From NCBI GenBank assembly GCA_964510585.1, contig CAZECW010000065.1, positions 1 to 24,880 of the forward strand: a stretch of 24,880 nt of DNA. The letters are read 5' to 3'. The notes beneath the pieces were generated by a model. The model had not been told where the DNA came from, did no database searches, and was given only the letters and a program-made list of their open reading frames with translations. Below, one piece after another: positions 7,940-15,764 of this stretch. Position 1 is the stretch's first letter. Each line of letters opens with the position of its first letter. This DNA comes from an uncultured archaeon. Its GTDB lineage: Archaea > Asgardarchaeota > Jordiarchaeia > Jordiarchaeales > Jordiarchaeaceae. The translations under genes and the position numbers were made by a program.

Positions 7940-8905
7940 TTATTCTTCACTTGTTTTCTTTTCTGGGTTGGATGCTTTGCCTCCGAATGCTTTTCCAATT
8001 TGACCCGTGATGTTTAGTAGCTCCGTAGGGATGACATATTTTCGAGAGTTTCCAGCAGCCATGTTTCTGAGGGTATCCAAGTATTGTATTCCTAGTGTTT
8101 TGGTATCTATATTCTTTGCCACTCCTTGAATGATTTCCAGAGCTTGGGAGTAGCCTTCTGCCTTTAAAATGGATGCCTGCCTCTTAGCCTCGGCCCTAAG
8201 GATGAGGGCCTTCTTTGCGGCCTCCGCTCTCAAAATTGTTGCCCTCTTTTGTCCCTCTGCCGTTTTTATAGAGGCCACCCTTGTTCCATCAGCCTCAGTG
8301 ACGGTGGCTCTCCTCATTCTTTCTGCTTCCATTTGTTTTATCATTGCTTCAAGAACTTGTGATGGGGGCAGTATTTCCCTTATTTCGACACTTGTAATTT
8401 TAACGCCCCAACGGTTTGTGACTTCATCCAATTTTTCTCTGAGTATATTATTTATGCGTTCCCTCTCAGCCAGAATCTCATCAAGATTTATATCACCCAC
8501 CACCGACCTAAGGGTGGTTTGAGATAATCCCACGGCAGCCCCCTTCCAGTCTGCAACCTTGATGACTGAATCATAGGCGTCCATAATTCTGTGATAAATT
8601 AAAACATCGATCTCTGCAGGAGCATTATCCTTTGTTATGCATTTCTGCCTTGGCACATCAAAGAAGCTCTCTCTCAAATCCACTTTAACGGCTCGGTCTA
8701 TGATAGGAATTACATAGATTAGTCCCGGGCCTTTAGCTCCTGGTAGTGCTCTCCCCAAGCGGAATATTACCGCTCGCTCATATTCTCGGTATACGCGGAG
8801 TCCACTTATAATAACTAGTAAAATGAGTATCAAAACTATTATAAACGCTATGAATATTGGGTTTTCCAACAGTGAGGTTTGAAATTGTAGTGGAGTTGTC
8901 AACAT
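7940..8905 (-). CDS. SPFH/band-7 membrane protein (QmcA/paraslipin-like)
   Basis: N-terminal TM, then YERAVIFRLG, GPGLIYVIPIID, ITKDN, QTTLRSVVG, WGVKITSVEIREI, and an EA-rich coiled coil (EAEG-like repeats). Probable start ATG 8905 after AAGGAG. The ORF track starts at 8956. Confidence 0.92.
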   Translation of the reverse strand: MLTTPLQFQTSLLENPIFIAFIIVLILILLVIISGLRVYREYERAVIFRLGRALPGAKGPGLIYVIPIIDRAVKVDLRESFFDVPRQKCITKDNAPAEIDVLIYHRIMDAYDSVIKVADWKGAAVGLSQTTLRSVVGDINLDEILAERERINNILREKLDEVTNRWGVKITSVEIREILPPSQVLEAMIKQMEAERMRRATVTEADGTRVASIKTAEGQKRATILRAEAAKKALILRAEAKRQASILKAEGYSQALEIIQGVAKNIDTKTLGIQYLDTLRNMAAGNSRKYVIPTELLNITGQIGKAFGGKASNPEKKTSEE

Positions 8906-9139
8906 TTTCTCCTTCTCCCTTATGTTGTATTTACCCTTGCTTTTATATTCCTTCACTGGACTTTTAAATCTTTATAATTATGCATAGCAACTTCTGACAT
9001 TGGACTAAAAGGTTCCAATCAACTTTTTTGTGTGGACATTTCCATTTAGTTATTTTGGTTTGGTTTCCACAGTGTTTAAAAAGTACTTTTACAATTTTAA
9101 TCTTAGGATTTTTGCTAAAATCGCGCTATTTAGAGGTAA

Positions 9140-11818
9140 ATGACATTGTTCCTTGCCCGCTGTGTAGATGATGGAACACTGAATGATTTTTACCTTGTTG
9201 ATGTTCACATGCATTTGGGTGTTGAACGAGGCCCGCCTATAAGGAATTATAATCGCGATAACTTTTTCAAGTTTTGTCAATCAGTGGAGAAAGCCTTTTT
9301 CAAGGAATTGTCTGGTGGATCCCCAAGCATTAAATATAGGCTAGAGGGGGGTAGTGTTCCCAGTAAGTTGGTTAGTTTTCCTATCTTTTTGGAAGGTAGG
9401 GCGAATTCACAAACTTTGTTTGACGAGTTTTTTGTGGCTCCCTACGTGAGTAAGATTGCCTCCGTCAGTGTAGGCCGCATAAAATTTGAAAATGATGAAG
9501 CCCAGGTTTTAGGGAATAATAATTTAATTTTGAAGTGGAGCGCTCTTCCTAGCCTGGAACGTTTCACAACTTTCAAATATGTTATTTTGTCTAAAACAAG
9601 CTCGATAGAGAATGAGATTCGATTGGCTCAGAGTGAGGGTTTTTCTGGTATCAAGGCCAAATTTGACTTTTTAGAAGAATCATTCAAATCTTTACTTAGA
9701 CTCCTGCAGAATAAGAATTTGCCACTCATGATAGAGATGCTGGGTTCAAAAAAATTTGAAACATTTTATGAATTATTAAATGATGCCCGGTTAGAAATTG
9801 GTGGTAATTCAACTCCAATTATCCTCAATTCTTTCGAGTATGATTCAAATGAGGATTTGCTCTGGAAAATTCTAGAAGAGGATAATGTTTACGTGGACCC
9901 ATTTGGCTTGGAGTTTAAAAACCTAGTTTCCTTCATAACTTCGATGAAGAGCAACGTTTCTAATTGGTCTAGGAAAATATTATTCGGCACCAACTATCCT
10001 TTTTGCAAAATTGGTGACACTTTAAAGATTTTAAGGTATCTTTTTAGTTATGATTTTGTGGGGAACGCAACTGATCTTAGGAGAATAATGGGAGCTAACG
10101 CACTGGGACTAATTCCTCCCCGTTACAGTTCAACGGGGGGTTCGGTGGAAGAAAAATGCATCATGGCTATTGATGAGTATTCCGAGCAGGCAGCGAAGAC
10201 ATTCGAAGAATTATTGAGCTACTATATAAAAAGGGGCGCAATAAAAATTAGTTCCTGTGATTTTTTGGCAAGAAGTGAAGATGGAGTTGTCGATGTCTCG
10301 AAGTATTTACTAACTTTAAAGTCTACAAGGGAAAAGGAAAACGGTGTTACCATCTTGTTTATGAAATCTCGAGGAGGCAAAACTCGTGACGCCCTAGCAT
10401 TAGCGGTGCTAAGTCCTAAAACCTTAAGCGGGTTTAAAAATAAAACAATCGAAAATGTTGGAAACAACGAAAACTTGAAGAATCTGCTAAGACAAGCCCA
10501 CTTTATCTCCTCGGATAGTGAAGTTAAAAAAGTATCCGAATTAGTTACTGAGGCACTCTACAAAACCAACACAATCGAAAGAGACGAACTCAAAACATAC
10601 ACGCTCTCTGCGGCTCCGCTCAGCGAAAAGGTTGTAGGAATCAATCCCAAAGATATGCAAGCCCTCGGCCTAAATGACTATGATGTAATCATCGTGGAAC
10701 CTACCGCTACAGGGGACTGGTACGCCGCTCTGGTGAAAAGCTTTGAAGATGTTTCTCTAGGAGACCTGCAAGTTAACGAAGAACTTATGAACGATTGGTA
10801 CGTTTTCGAGGGAGACACAGTAAAAATAGAAAAATATAGTGGCAAAATTGACCTTCTCAGACAAGTGGACTTTGCAATAGAATCTTCAGAAGAAATGAAA
10901 CTACCAGAATTCTTAGTGAAAATTAAAGATAAGATGGATCTACTCTATGAAAAACTAGATGGACTCTACATAGGAAAAGACATGAGACTTATACTATCAA
11001 TGCTATTTTTGGAAACCCCCACCATTATAAGGCCCATTCATTTTCAACCTGAGCTTGAAGACAGAAAGCTTGGAATTATCAAAAAGGGAAAGACCGTAAT
11101 TAATTTTGTCTCTAAAAAATTGATTAAACCATACAATTTACTACTAGTCATAGACGTATCTGAAATTATGAAAGAATCAGAAGTACCCGTTGACGAATTT
11201 GAAAAAATGACGGATCTATTTACTGCACTGGATGCAAATCAAGTGGAGAAATTAGAAAAACAAATCCATAACGGAAAAATCAGAAAAAACAACGCTGTAG
11301 CTTTAATTGGGATTTCCTGCTTAAAGAATCTTTCAGAACAAAGCAATCTAAACAAGGCATCTGTTATATCCTATTCTAATCAAAGCAGTTTGTTCACCAT
11401 ACTAGAAAAAACAAAGGTAATACCCTACATGGATTTCAGCGCAAATAGGAAAAGTTTCTCTCTAAAAGTGCTTTCATCACATATAATTGACAAATGCCAG
11501 TATCCTGAGGGGAAAGCAGACCTCAAAGAAGCAGGAAGCAAAGTTAAAGAGTTCACTGAAAAAATAGGGGGAAAAATTCCAACCCTAATTGTAATAATCA
11601 CCTCTTTGGAAAAAGCAGAGAACTTCGAAGTCTTCCAAGAAATCGCAGATAAAGACCCAAAAATAAAATTCGCATTAATACAAATTGGCCAAACCGAAAA
11701 TGAAAGCGACTTGAGGAAAGCCGTAGAATCCATAAAAGGTAAATATATTCACATCAGAAAAATAGACCACCAAACCTTAGAAATCGATTTAGCATCTATG
11801 CTAATCGACCTTTTATAA
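9140..11818 (+). CDS. Multidomain protein: degenerate amidohydrolase_2 barrel, unknown domain, Cdc48/Ufd1-type N domain, degenerate vWA
   Basis: DVHMHLG, GFSGIK, NVYVD and KILFGTNYPF match amidohydrolase_2 strands. VVGINPKDMQALGLNDYDVIIV...LQVNEELMNDWYVFEGDTVKIEK matches the double-psi beta-barrel pattern. NLLLVIDVSEIM...ASVISYSN...TLIVIITS...FALIQIG...GKYIHI matches the vWA strand order. Confidence 0.78.
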   Translation: MTLFLARCVDDGTLNDFYLVDVHMHLGVERGPPIRNYNRDNFFKFCQSVEKAFFKELSGGSPSIKYRLEGGSVPSKLVSFPIFLEGRANSQTLFDEFFVAPYVSKIASVSVGRIKFENDEAQVLGNNNLILKWSALPSLERFTTFKYVILSKTSSIENEIRLAQSEGFSGIKAKFDFLEESFKSLLRLLQNKNLPLMIEMLGSKKFETFYELLNDARLEIGGNSTPIILNSFEYDSNEDLLWKILEEDNVYVDPFGLEFKNLVSFITSMKSNVSNWSRKILFGTNYPFCKIGDTLKILRYLFSYDFVGNATDLRRIMGANALGLIPPRYSSTGGSVEEKCIMAIDEYSEQAAKTFEELLSYYIKRGAIKISSCDFLARSEDGVVDVSKYLLTLKSTREKENGVTILFMKSRGGKTRDALALAVLSPKTLSGFKNKTIENVGNNENLKNLLRQAHFISSDSEVKKVSELVTEALYKTNTIERDELKTYTLSAAPLSEKVVGINPKDMQALGLNDYDVIIVEPTATGDWYAALVKSFEDVSLGDLQVNEELMNDWYVFEGDTVKIEKYSGKIDLLRQVDFAIESSEEMKLPEFLVKIKDKMDLLYEKLDGLYIGKDMRLILSMLFLETPTIIRPIHFQPELEDRKLGIIKKGKTVINFVSKKLIKPYNLLLVIDVSEIMKESEVPVDEFEKMTDLFTALDANQVEKLEKQIHNGKIRKNNAVALIGISCLKNLSEQSNLNKASVISYSNQSSLFTILEKTKVIPYMDFSANRKSFSLKVLSSHIIDKCQYPEGKADLKEAGSKVKEFTEKIGGKIPTLIVIITSLEKAENFEVFQEIADKDPKIKFALIQIGQTENESDLRKAVESIKGKYIHIRKIDHQTLEIDLASMLIDLL

Positions 11819-11893
11819 CAAATTCATAATGAAATATGGCAGCAGAAAATTGTAGGCTAACCTTTTTTGGTGAAAATCGTTTTTCCAAAATGT

Positions 11894-12895
11894 TTACCAG
11901 TAAAACAGGGAGAACAGAAATATTCTAATCACCAATAGCGCTGAGAAAACCACAAGCCATACTGGAAATTTCCACCTCATAACTTTGAGGCCGTCTAGGG
12001 GTCCGAAAGGTAACATGTTGAATATTCCTATATCTGCGTTTATACTCGCCCCCACAATCAATATTTGATATAAGTTCACCTGCGAGAATAAAGATTGAAC
12101 AGTGGAATTTTGGAAAACAAAGGATAATCCGAGTAAAATTATGCCTAGTACCAAGTTAACTAAAGGTCCTGAAAGAGAAGTCTTGCCTACAGTATGCCAA
12201 TCGCTAGATCCAGAAATCATCACTGCGCCTGGCGCCAGGAACTTTAAAGGAGAAATAATGGAAACTAGTGTCACAAGAACCCCACTAAATATTAATCTAA
12301 ATTCTGCTCGAAGACCATACATTTCGGCAACAAATTTATGGGCGAATTCATGTAGTAGAAAACTCACCACAACAATGGCTCCTAACCACAAAGCATTATC
12401 GATTTGAAAGACCAGCAGAAAGTTTGACAACCATGGTACAAAAGAAACCAACCAGGTTAATCCACTGAGGACCATCCAGATAAGAGTTCCAAACACAAAA
12501 TTGCCCAGCCCACTACTCAAAACCCATACTACACTGTAAATTAAACTTGAAAACACAACAACCAAAACAATGAACGTGGCAATAGAGATATGGGCGACTT
12601 CCTTTTTTGAAGGCACTATTCTTGCCAATCTAGCAGCGGGCTTATCATATATGATGCGTTTCGGAACTATATCCCTATCAAAGGTTCTCTCCTCATGTTT
12701 TGTTTCCATCTTCGCTGGTGTTCTTCCCAATTTGTTCCCTTTTTCTGAAACTAAAAGCGTCGAAGTACAATTATGGTTTTCTGGGAGACGATGTTCTATG
12801 CAAAAGTAACCCCCACAATTTCGGCACCTGAAAGGTAGGTAGTCTTCCTTACCACAGAAATCACACTTGACCACTTCATAATCCTCCGCAACCAT
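11894..12895 (-). CDS. AN1-type zinc finger fused to M50 (site-2) intramembrane metalloprotease
   Basis: CDFCGKEDYLPFRCRNCGGYFCIEHRLPENHNC (AN1), HEFAH (HExxH), NMLPFGPLDG (NxxPxxxxDG) and multiple TM helices. Confidence 0.92.
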   Translation of the reverse strand: MVAEDYEVVKCDFCGKEDYLPFRCRNCGGYFCIEHRLPENHNCTSTLLVSEKGNKLGRTPAKMETKHEERTFDRDIVPKRIIYDKPAARLARIVPSKKEVAHISIATFIVLVVVFSSLIYSVVWVLSSGLGNFVFGTLIWMVLSGLTWLVSFVPWLSNFLLVFQIDNALWLGAIVVVSFLLHEFAHKFVAEMYGLRAEFRLIFSGVLVTLVSIISPLKFLAPGAVMISGSSDWHTVGKTSLSGPLVNLVLGIILLGLSFVFQNSTVQSLFSQVNLYQILIVGASINADIGIFNMLPFGPLDGLKVMRWKFPVWLVVFSALLVIRIFLFSLFYW

Positions 12896-13013
12896 CCGAA
12901 TTCATAAAACCTTAAACACTAAATAGACCAAACACCTCTTCAAGTCTTAGGGGAATTATAAAAAACAAAAATTTAAGTCTTTACCCCAAAAATATCCAAA
13001 AAGTTTCTTTTAC

Positions 13014-13290
13014 AAAACCTTGGCGAGAAAGCCCCCGACTTTAGTTGTGGTGATGAATCGCCAAAAAGCTTATTTGAAAGTAGGGTATACTAATAGTTGT
13101 TGGTAGCTGAAGGGTTTGGCTTGGGCTTAAGAGGCTAAACAAGACGCAGCCCCCATGAGGGTGCCAACATAGACGCCGTTCCCTTGAGGGAAGGGCGTGT
13201 TAACCGGGTGATGGCACACCCATTGCTTCCTAAGGCTCCCGATGAGCCAGAAGCAAGAATCCCCGCAACTTTAGTCGCGGAGAGTGTCAA
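13014..13290 (+). mobile_element. Non-autonomous IS200/IS605-family element (PATE-like; both ends, no tnpA/tnpB)
   Basis: Follows TTAC (13010-13013). Left-end stem TTGGCGA/TCGCCAA (13020-26/13058-64) encloses the hairpin CCCCGACTTTAGTTGTGG. Right end GAATCCCCGCAACTTTAGTCGCGGAGAGTGTCAA finishes in TCAA. TTAC and TCAA are the IS608-type cleavage tetranucleotides. Confidence 0.82.
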
Positions 13291-13306
13291 ACCCCTATCG
13301 AAGTCA
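13095..13306 (+). ncRNA. Candidate TnpB omegaRNA (reRNA) scaffold plus 3' flank-derived guide
   Basis: Nested stems TTGGC/GCCAA and GGGCT/AGCCC; hairpins ACGCCGTTCCC-TTGA-GGGAAGGGCGT, GGGTG-ATGGCA-CACCC and TTGCTTC..GGCTC-CCGAT-GAGCC.GAAGCAA; then the right-end hairpin. Both boundaries are estimates. Confidence 0.5.
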
Positions 13307-13430
13307 ATAATCTTTATTAAAAAAATTATAATAAACTTCGATAAGAAACATTGGACCTAAAAAGGTTCAAGTATATTTTTGGGTTTGAGACACATTTGAA
13401 GGGACGGGGAATCCCCTCAAAAAGGGGTCT

Positions 13431-13617
13431 CCATATGTTCAAGCCGCACTCCTATATTTGTGTGGGTTCCTTTTTTGCGGCTGGGCTCCCTGAAAAATTC
13501 TCCCAATTTTTAGCACGAATATGTATAAAAATGAGGGTTTAGGGGAATGGAGAAGCGGGGGGCCAGAACAGGGTCACACCACAAACCAGCCAATAGGAGT
13601 TTTGTTTGAATATATGG
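13431..13617. mobile_element. MITE copy A (187 bp)
   Basis: Imperfect ~22-bp TIRs (CCATATGTTCAAGCCGCACTCC / GGAGTTTTGTTTGAATATATGG) flanked by the direct repeat GGGTCT (13425-30, 13618-23). Confidence 0.72.
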
Positions 13618-13713
13618 GGGTCTTAGTCCTGGAGGTGAAAGAAGCACTATTTAGACTCCCTTTGCCAAAAGGGGGAATGATAGGGGAGAAAAACCAGTCA
13701 CAAAGGGCAGCAA

Positions 13714-13898
13714 CCATATGTTCAAGCGGTACTCCCATTTTGTGGGATTCTCTTTTTTTGTGGTTGAGTTCTTTTAGGGAAAATCCTAATTTTAGCACAA
13801 AAATGTGTAAAAATTGGGCTGAAGGGCATGCAGATGCGACGGGCCAGGGCTGGAACAGCACAAAAACCAGCCATATGGAGTCCTGCCTGAACATATGG
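13714..13898. mobile_element. MITE copy B (185 bp), same family as copy A
   Basis: TIRs CCATATGTTCAAGCGGTACTCC / GGAGTCCTGCCTGAACATATGG flanked by the 7-bp direct repeat GCAGCAA (13707-13, 13899-905). Colinear with copy A over its whole length. Confidence 0.8.
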
Positions 13899-14012
13899 GC
13901 AGCAAGTCAATCTGAGGATGTTCTCCAGCGATTTTTCACCGACCTTTTCACGACCAAAACCTTTTTCCTAACATCGAGATTAAAAATATATACAGAGCAG
14001 GTTATAAAAAAA

Positions 14013-14049
14013 TAAAAACAAATAAATTGGCTAAAAACAAATAAATTGG
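14013..14049 (+). repeat. Exact 18-bp direct repeat TAAAAACAAATAAATTGG x2 (period 19), just upstream of a putative TATA box
   Basis: Copies at 14013-14030 and 14032-14049, followed by TTAAAACATTATAA (14050-63) ahead of the ATG at 14098. Confidence 0.8.
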
Positions 14050-14097
14050 TTAAAACATTATAATAATACAACGAGTGTTGAATTTTGAGGGAACTTT

Positions 14098-15261
14098 ATG
14101 TCTTCAGAAGAGGATAACTCCGTGGTTTTTGAACCATGGAGTAGAAAAGCAGGCATAGCAGGAAGCTCATACCTAGTACAAATAGGAAAAGTGAATGATT
14201 ACTGGTCCATAGCTATATTCCGGGGAAAAGACTTAATATCCGTAAAAAAAGTAGGCACACTTGACCCCAACGTGCTTACCAGCGTTATAACCAGCAGTAT
14301 ATCCTTACCTCTAATGTCCCCTTATGCAATCGTGAGAAGCTTGGGAAACATTATAAACGAAGCAAAAGTGAGAAAATTTCCCATAACTTACACCCCAGGT
14401 CCCACTGAGGAACAACCAACCATTCCCACCCCAGAGACCTCTCTTGAAGCCGCTCCCACTCCTGCCCCTACTCCTACTTCTGCTGCTGTAGAGGAAGCCG
14501 CTCCAAAACCTCAAACAGATTTTGAGGCGCTAACTGGCTTAAAAAGGGTAGAGCCGTCTAAGGTTGCTGTTCAGGAGGAGTCTGCCAAAATTGCTAAATC
14601 CGAAGTTGAGATAAGTGAAACACTGGGTGAGCCTGAATTGGAAGAGGCGGAGGCACCTAAAACCGAGTCCTCAGAGGATATGTTAAGTGAGTTCGCTACG
14701 GGACCCAGCACCGCTTTTCGTTCTATGTTCGAAGAGGGAATTCCAGCCGAGCCCAAGGTTCGTAAAACTACTGCTCCCATGATAGAAATTCCCACCTTGT
14801 CTCCTTCAGAAATGTGGCAGAAAGGGATTTCTGGTTTAACCTTCTTTTTGGCAATAGCAATATCTTTCGTGAGGAAAAGATATGGTAAAGATTTGGACAA
14901 GCTTTGGCAGTATTATTTGGAGGTGGAGACTAAATCTTGGAAGGCTGCTAAAGACATGAAATTTGAAGAGGTAGTGAAGACCATAGTAAATATTGAGAGG
15001 TCTATGGGTTCAGAATTAGAGGTACAAGAGTTTACTGATAGTACCTTTAAAGCCAAAGTCACAAAGTGCCTAGGTAAAAACTACAAAGAAAAATACAAGT
15101 CAGCACTCCAGCTACCTGACGAGTTTCCCTGCATACTATGTAAAATCAGAGGTGAGGCAGTTAGTCGCAACCTTGGGTATTCCTTTAAACTCATAGAATC
15201 GCCAGAAGGATGCCAGCTAGAAATGAGTTCCTCCCCCAAAAAAGAAAAACTAATTATCTAG
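14098..15261 (+). CDS. Hypothetical protein: N-terminal globular domain, long P/E/T/A-rich linker, C-terminal V4R/ATC-hydrolase-like Cys-containing domain
   Basis: Linker roughly aa 95-235 is low complexity. The C-terminus ELEVQEFTDSTFKAKVTKCLG...FPCILC...SPEGCQLEM has the V4R-clan cysteine spacing. Confidence 0.7.
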   Translation: MSSEEDNSVVFEPWSRKAGIAGSSYLVQIGKVNDYWSIAIFRGKDLISVKKVGTLDPNVLTSVITSSISLPLMSPYAIVRSLGNIINEAKVRKFPITYTPGPTEEQPTIPTPETSLEAAPTPAPTPTSAAVEEAAPKPQTDFEALTGLKRVEPSKVAVQEESAKIAKSEVEISETLGEPELEEAEAPKTESSEDMLSEFATGPSTAFRSMFEEGIPAEPKVRKTTAPMIEIPTLSPSEMWQKGISGLTFFLAIAISFVRKRYGKDLDKLWQYYLEVETKSWKAAKDMKFEEVVKTIVNIERSMGSELEVQEFTDSTFKAKVTKCLGKNYKEKYKSALQLPDEFPCILCKIRGEAVSRNLGYSFKLIESPEGCQLEMSSSPKKEKLII

Positions 15262-15764
15262 ATTACAAACCAAAAATCTGCTATGAAAAGCATGTTTCCC
15301 TTTCATCCAAAGGAGCCTATTTAAGTCTACTATTTGAACCTAATGACAATTCCCCGCAACTCGAAAAATTTAGTATCTAGCGAGTGGGCTTCACTAAAAG
15401 TTTTAACCCTAACCTTTTTTAATTTCTGCAAAACACTTACCCTAAATAAACTTCACCGTAGGGTTTGGCACTGTTACCTCAGCGTCACTCATTGTGGGTG
15501 TCCATTCTTAGAAAATGTGTTGGAAACTCTAAAAGCGGCGTGTTTGATCTTTTTGACGAGTTCCACCTATTTTTGGGCATTTAACTATTTTTTAGTAATT
15601 ATTTTGGAACTACCATAAAGGGCTTTAGCTTGCATTGAGCAATCAGCAAGAAAAAATGAGGAGATAGGTTAAAATTTAAGCTAATATTCAAGAGAATATG
15701 GGCCAAAAAGGGTGCCTATACTCTCTTCTTATCAAATCGGCGCATATATTGCTGCTGGTACACT

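Noticed and set aside
13431-13898. CRISPR-like or tandem-duplication interpretation of the repeated CCATATGTTCAAGC
   Set aside because: The repeats are inverted termini of ~186-bp units with distinct TSDs, not 25-40-bp direct repeats with spacers.
13351-14015. ORFs of 63, 164, 106 and 62 aa over the MITE region
   Set aside because: They cross MITE boundaries and TSDs and have no protein-like motifs. The region is better explained by the two elements.
15334-15618. 94-aa + strand ORF in the 500-bp convergent spacer
   Set aside because: TTG start, no SD and no family motif. I found no convincing pseudogene on either strand.
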